Below are positions 63,581-64,000 of a stretch of 64,000 nt of DNA, piece after piece. Both the position numbers and the translations under genes were made by a program. The stretch covers positions 1,856,001 to 1,920,000 of the forward strand of contig CM000208.1 of the NCBI GenBank assembly GCA_000002445.1, given 5' to 3'. The number at the start of each line of letters is the position of its first letter. Positions within the stretch are counted from its first letter, which is position 1. The notes under the pieces were generated by a model. That model was not told the DNA's origin, searched no databases, and saw nothing but the letters and a program-made list of their open reading frames with translations. This DNA is from Trypanosoma brucei. Its lineage: Eukaryota.

Positions 63581-64000
63581 CGTTAACTCTTATTGTTTTC
63601 TTTTCCCTTACTAGCTGTTGCCACACTTCATGCGCCGTCACACAAAACCATATAGATAAAGAAGAGCGGTAGTTAAAAGGACACAACTGTGTGTGTGTAT
63701 GTGTGGAAGGATTGTGAGTTATGTAGCATCAAGCAGAAGGACAAGCCCGACAAGTACGTTATCGACGCTTACATGGATGTAAATGTCAGCATGCGCGCAT
63801 GTGGGATATGATTAAGCGAAAATACTGCGCCACAGCAGCTACCACTCACGCGACGGATTGCGTAGGTGGGGGAGGGAGAAGAGACGTCCGCATGCGATGG
63901 AATTCGCCATTGAGTTCCGTGACGGACTGATCACACAAAAACAACAGTAACAACAACAAATATTAATCTACAGATGACTTCCGCGTAACCAATTTACTCC

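Noticed and set aside
1-64000. Prokaryotic-style defence island, CRISPR array, integron or transposon
   Set aside because: The sequence is clearly a eukaryotic (kinetoplastid) nuclear locus. There are no short direct-repeat and spacer arrays, and no transposase, integrase, restriction-modification or toxin-antitoxin-like ORFs. The tandem repeats are simple homopolymers and dinucleotide microsatellites.

Overview
This window looks like a trypanosomatid (Trypanosoma brucei-like) nuclear chromosome segment. All convincing protein-coding genes (about 24) lie on the minus strand, tightly packed and intron-less, with poly-pyrimidine/AG tracts upstream of the start codons. That arrangement is the signature of one right-to-left polycistronic transcription unit. 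The window begins inside an MTR4 (Ski2-like DExH) helicase whose reading frame runs off the left edge; it is absent from the supplied ORF track because it has no stop in the window. Moving rightward on the minus strand, the recognisable genes are: an exosome RNase-PH subunit, an SF3b14/p14-like RRM protein, cullin, fibrillarin, an RCC1-repeat protein, folylpolyglutamate synthase, a CSN12/PCID2-like PCI protein, TRM9 tRNA methyltransferase, a 2-oxoacid dehydrogenase E2, two importin-beta-family proteins, an FtsH/YME1 AAA protease, a TMA16-like protein, a TBC RabGAP, the flagellar Rib72/EFHC1 protein, and an ABCG half-transporter. There are also several large lineage-specific hypothetical proteins. 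The unit is interrupted twice by RNA polymerase III genes. A lone tRNA-Gly(GCC) sits inside a roughly 5 kb ORF-free stretch. A roughly 7.5 kb ORF-poor island (46.1-53.6 kb) holds tRNA-Pro(AGG), tRNA-Thr(AGU), tRNA-Leu(AAG), an initiator-type tRNA-Met on the opposite strand, and tRNA-Pro(UGG). In that island I also see a perfect RNA polymerase III box-B motif with no foldable tRNA around it. Next to it, on the minus strand, is a candidate small RNA that carries a U5-loop-like CUUUUACUA motif and ends in T7. Two further points stand out. A 381-bp sequence is present twice with 100% identity, 18.65 kb apart, each copy just upstream of a large orphan gene. Very long homopolymers occur in the gaps, including a G26 run on the coding strand upstream of the gene array that resumes after the tRNA island. 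I found no prokaryotic-style defence system, CRISPR array or mobile element. The interesting content is the non-coding structure around the tRNA islands and the duplicated intergenic element.
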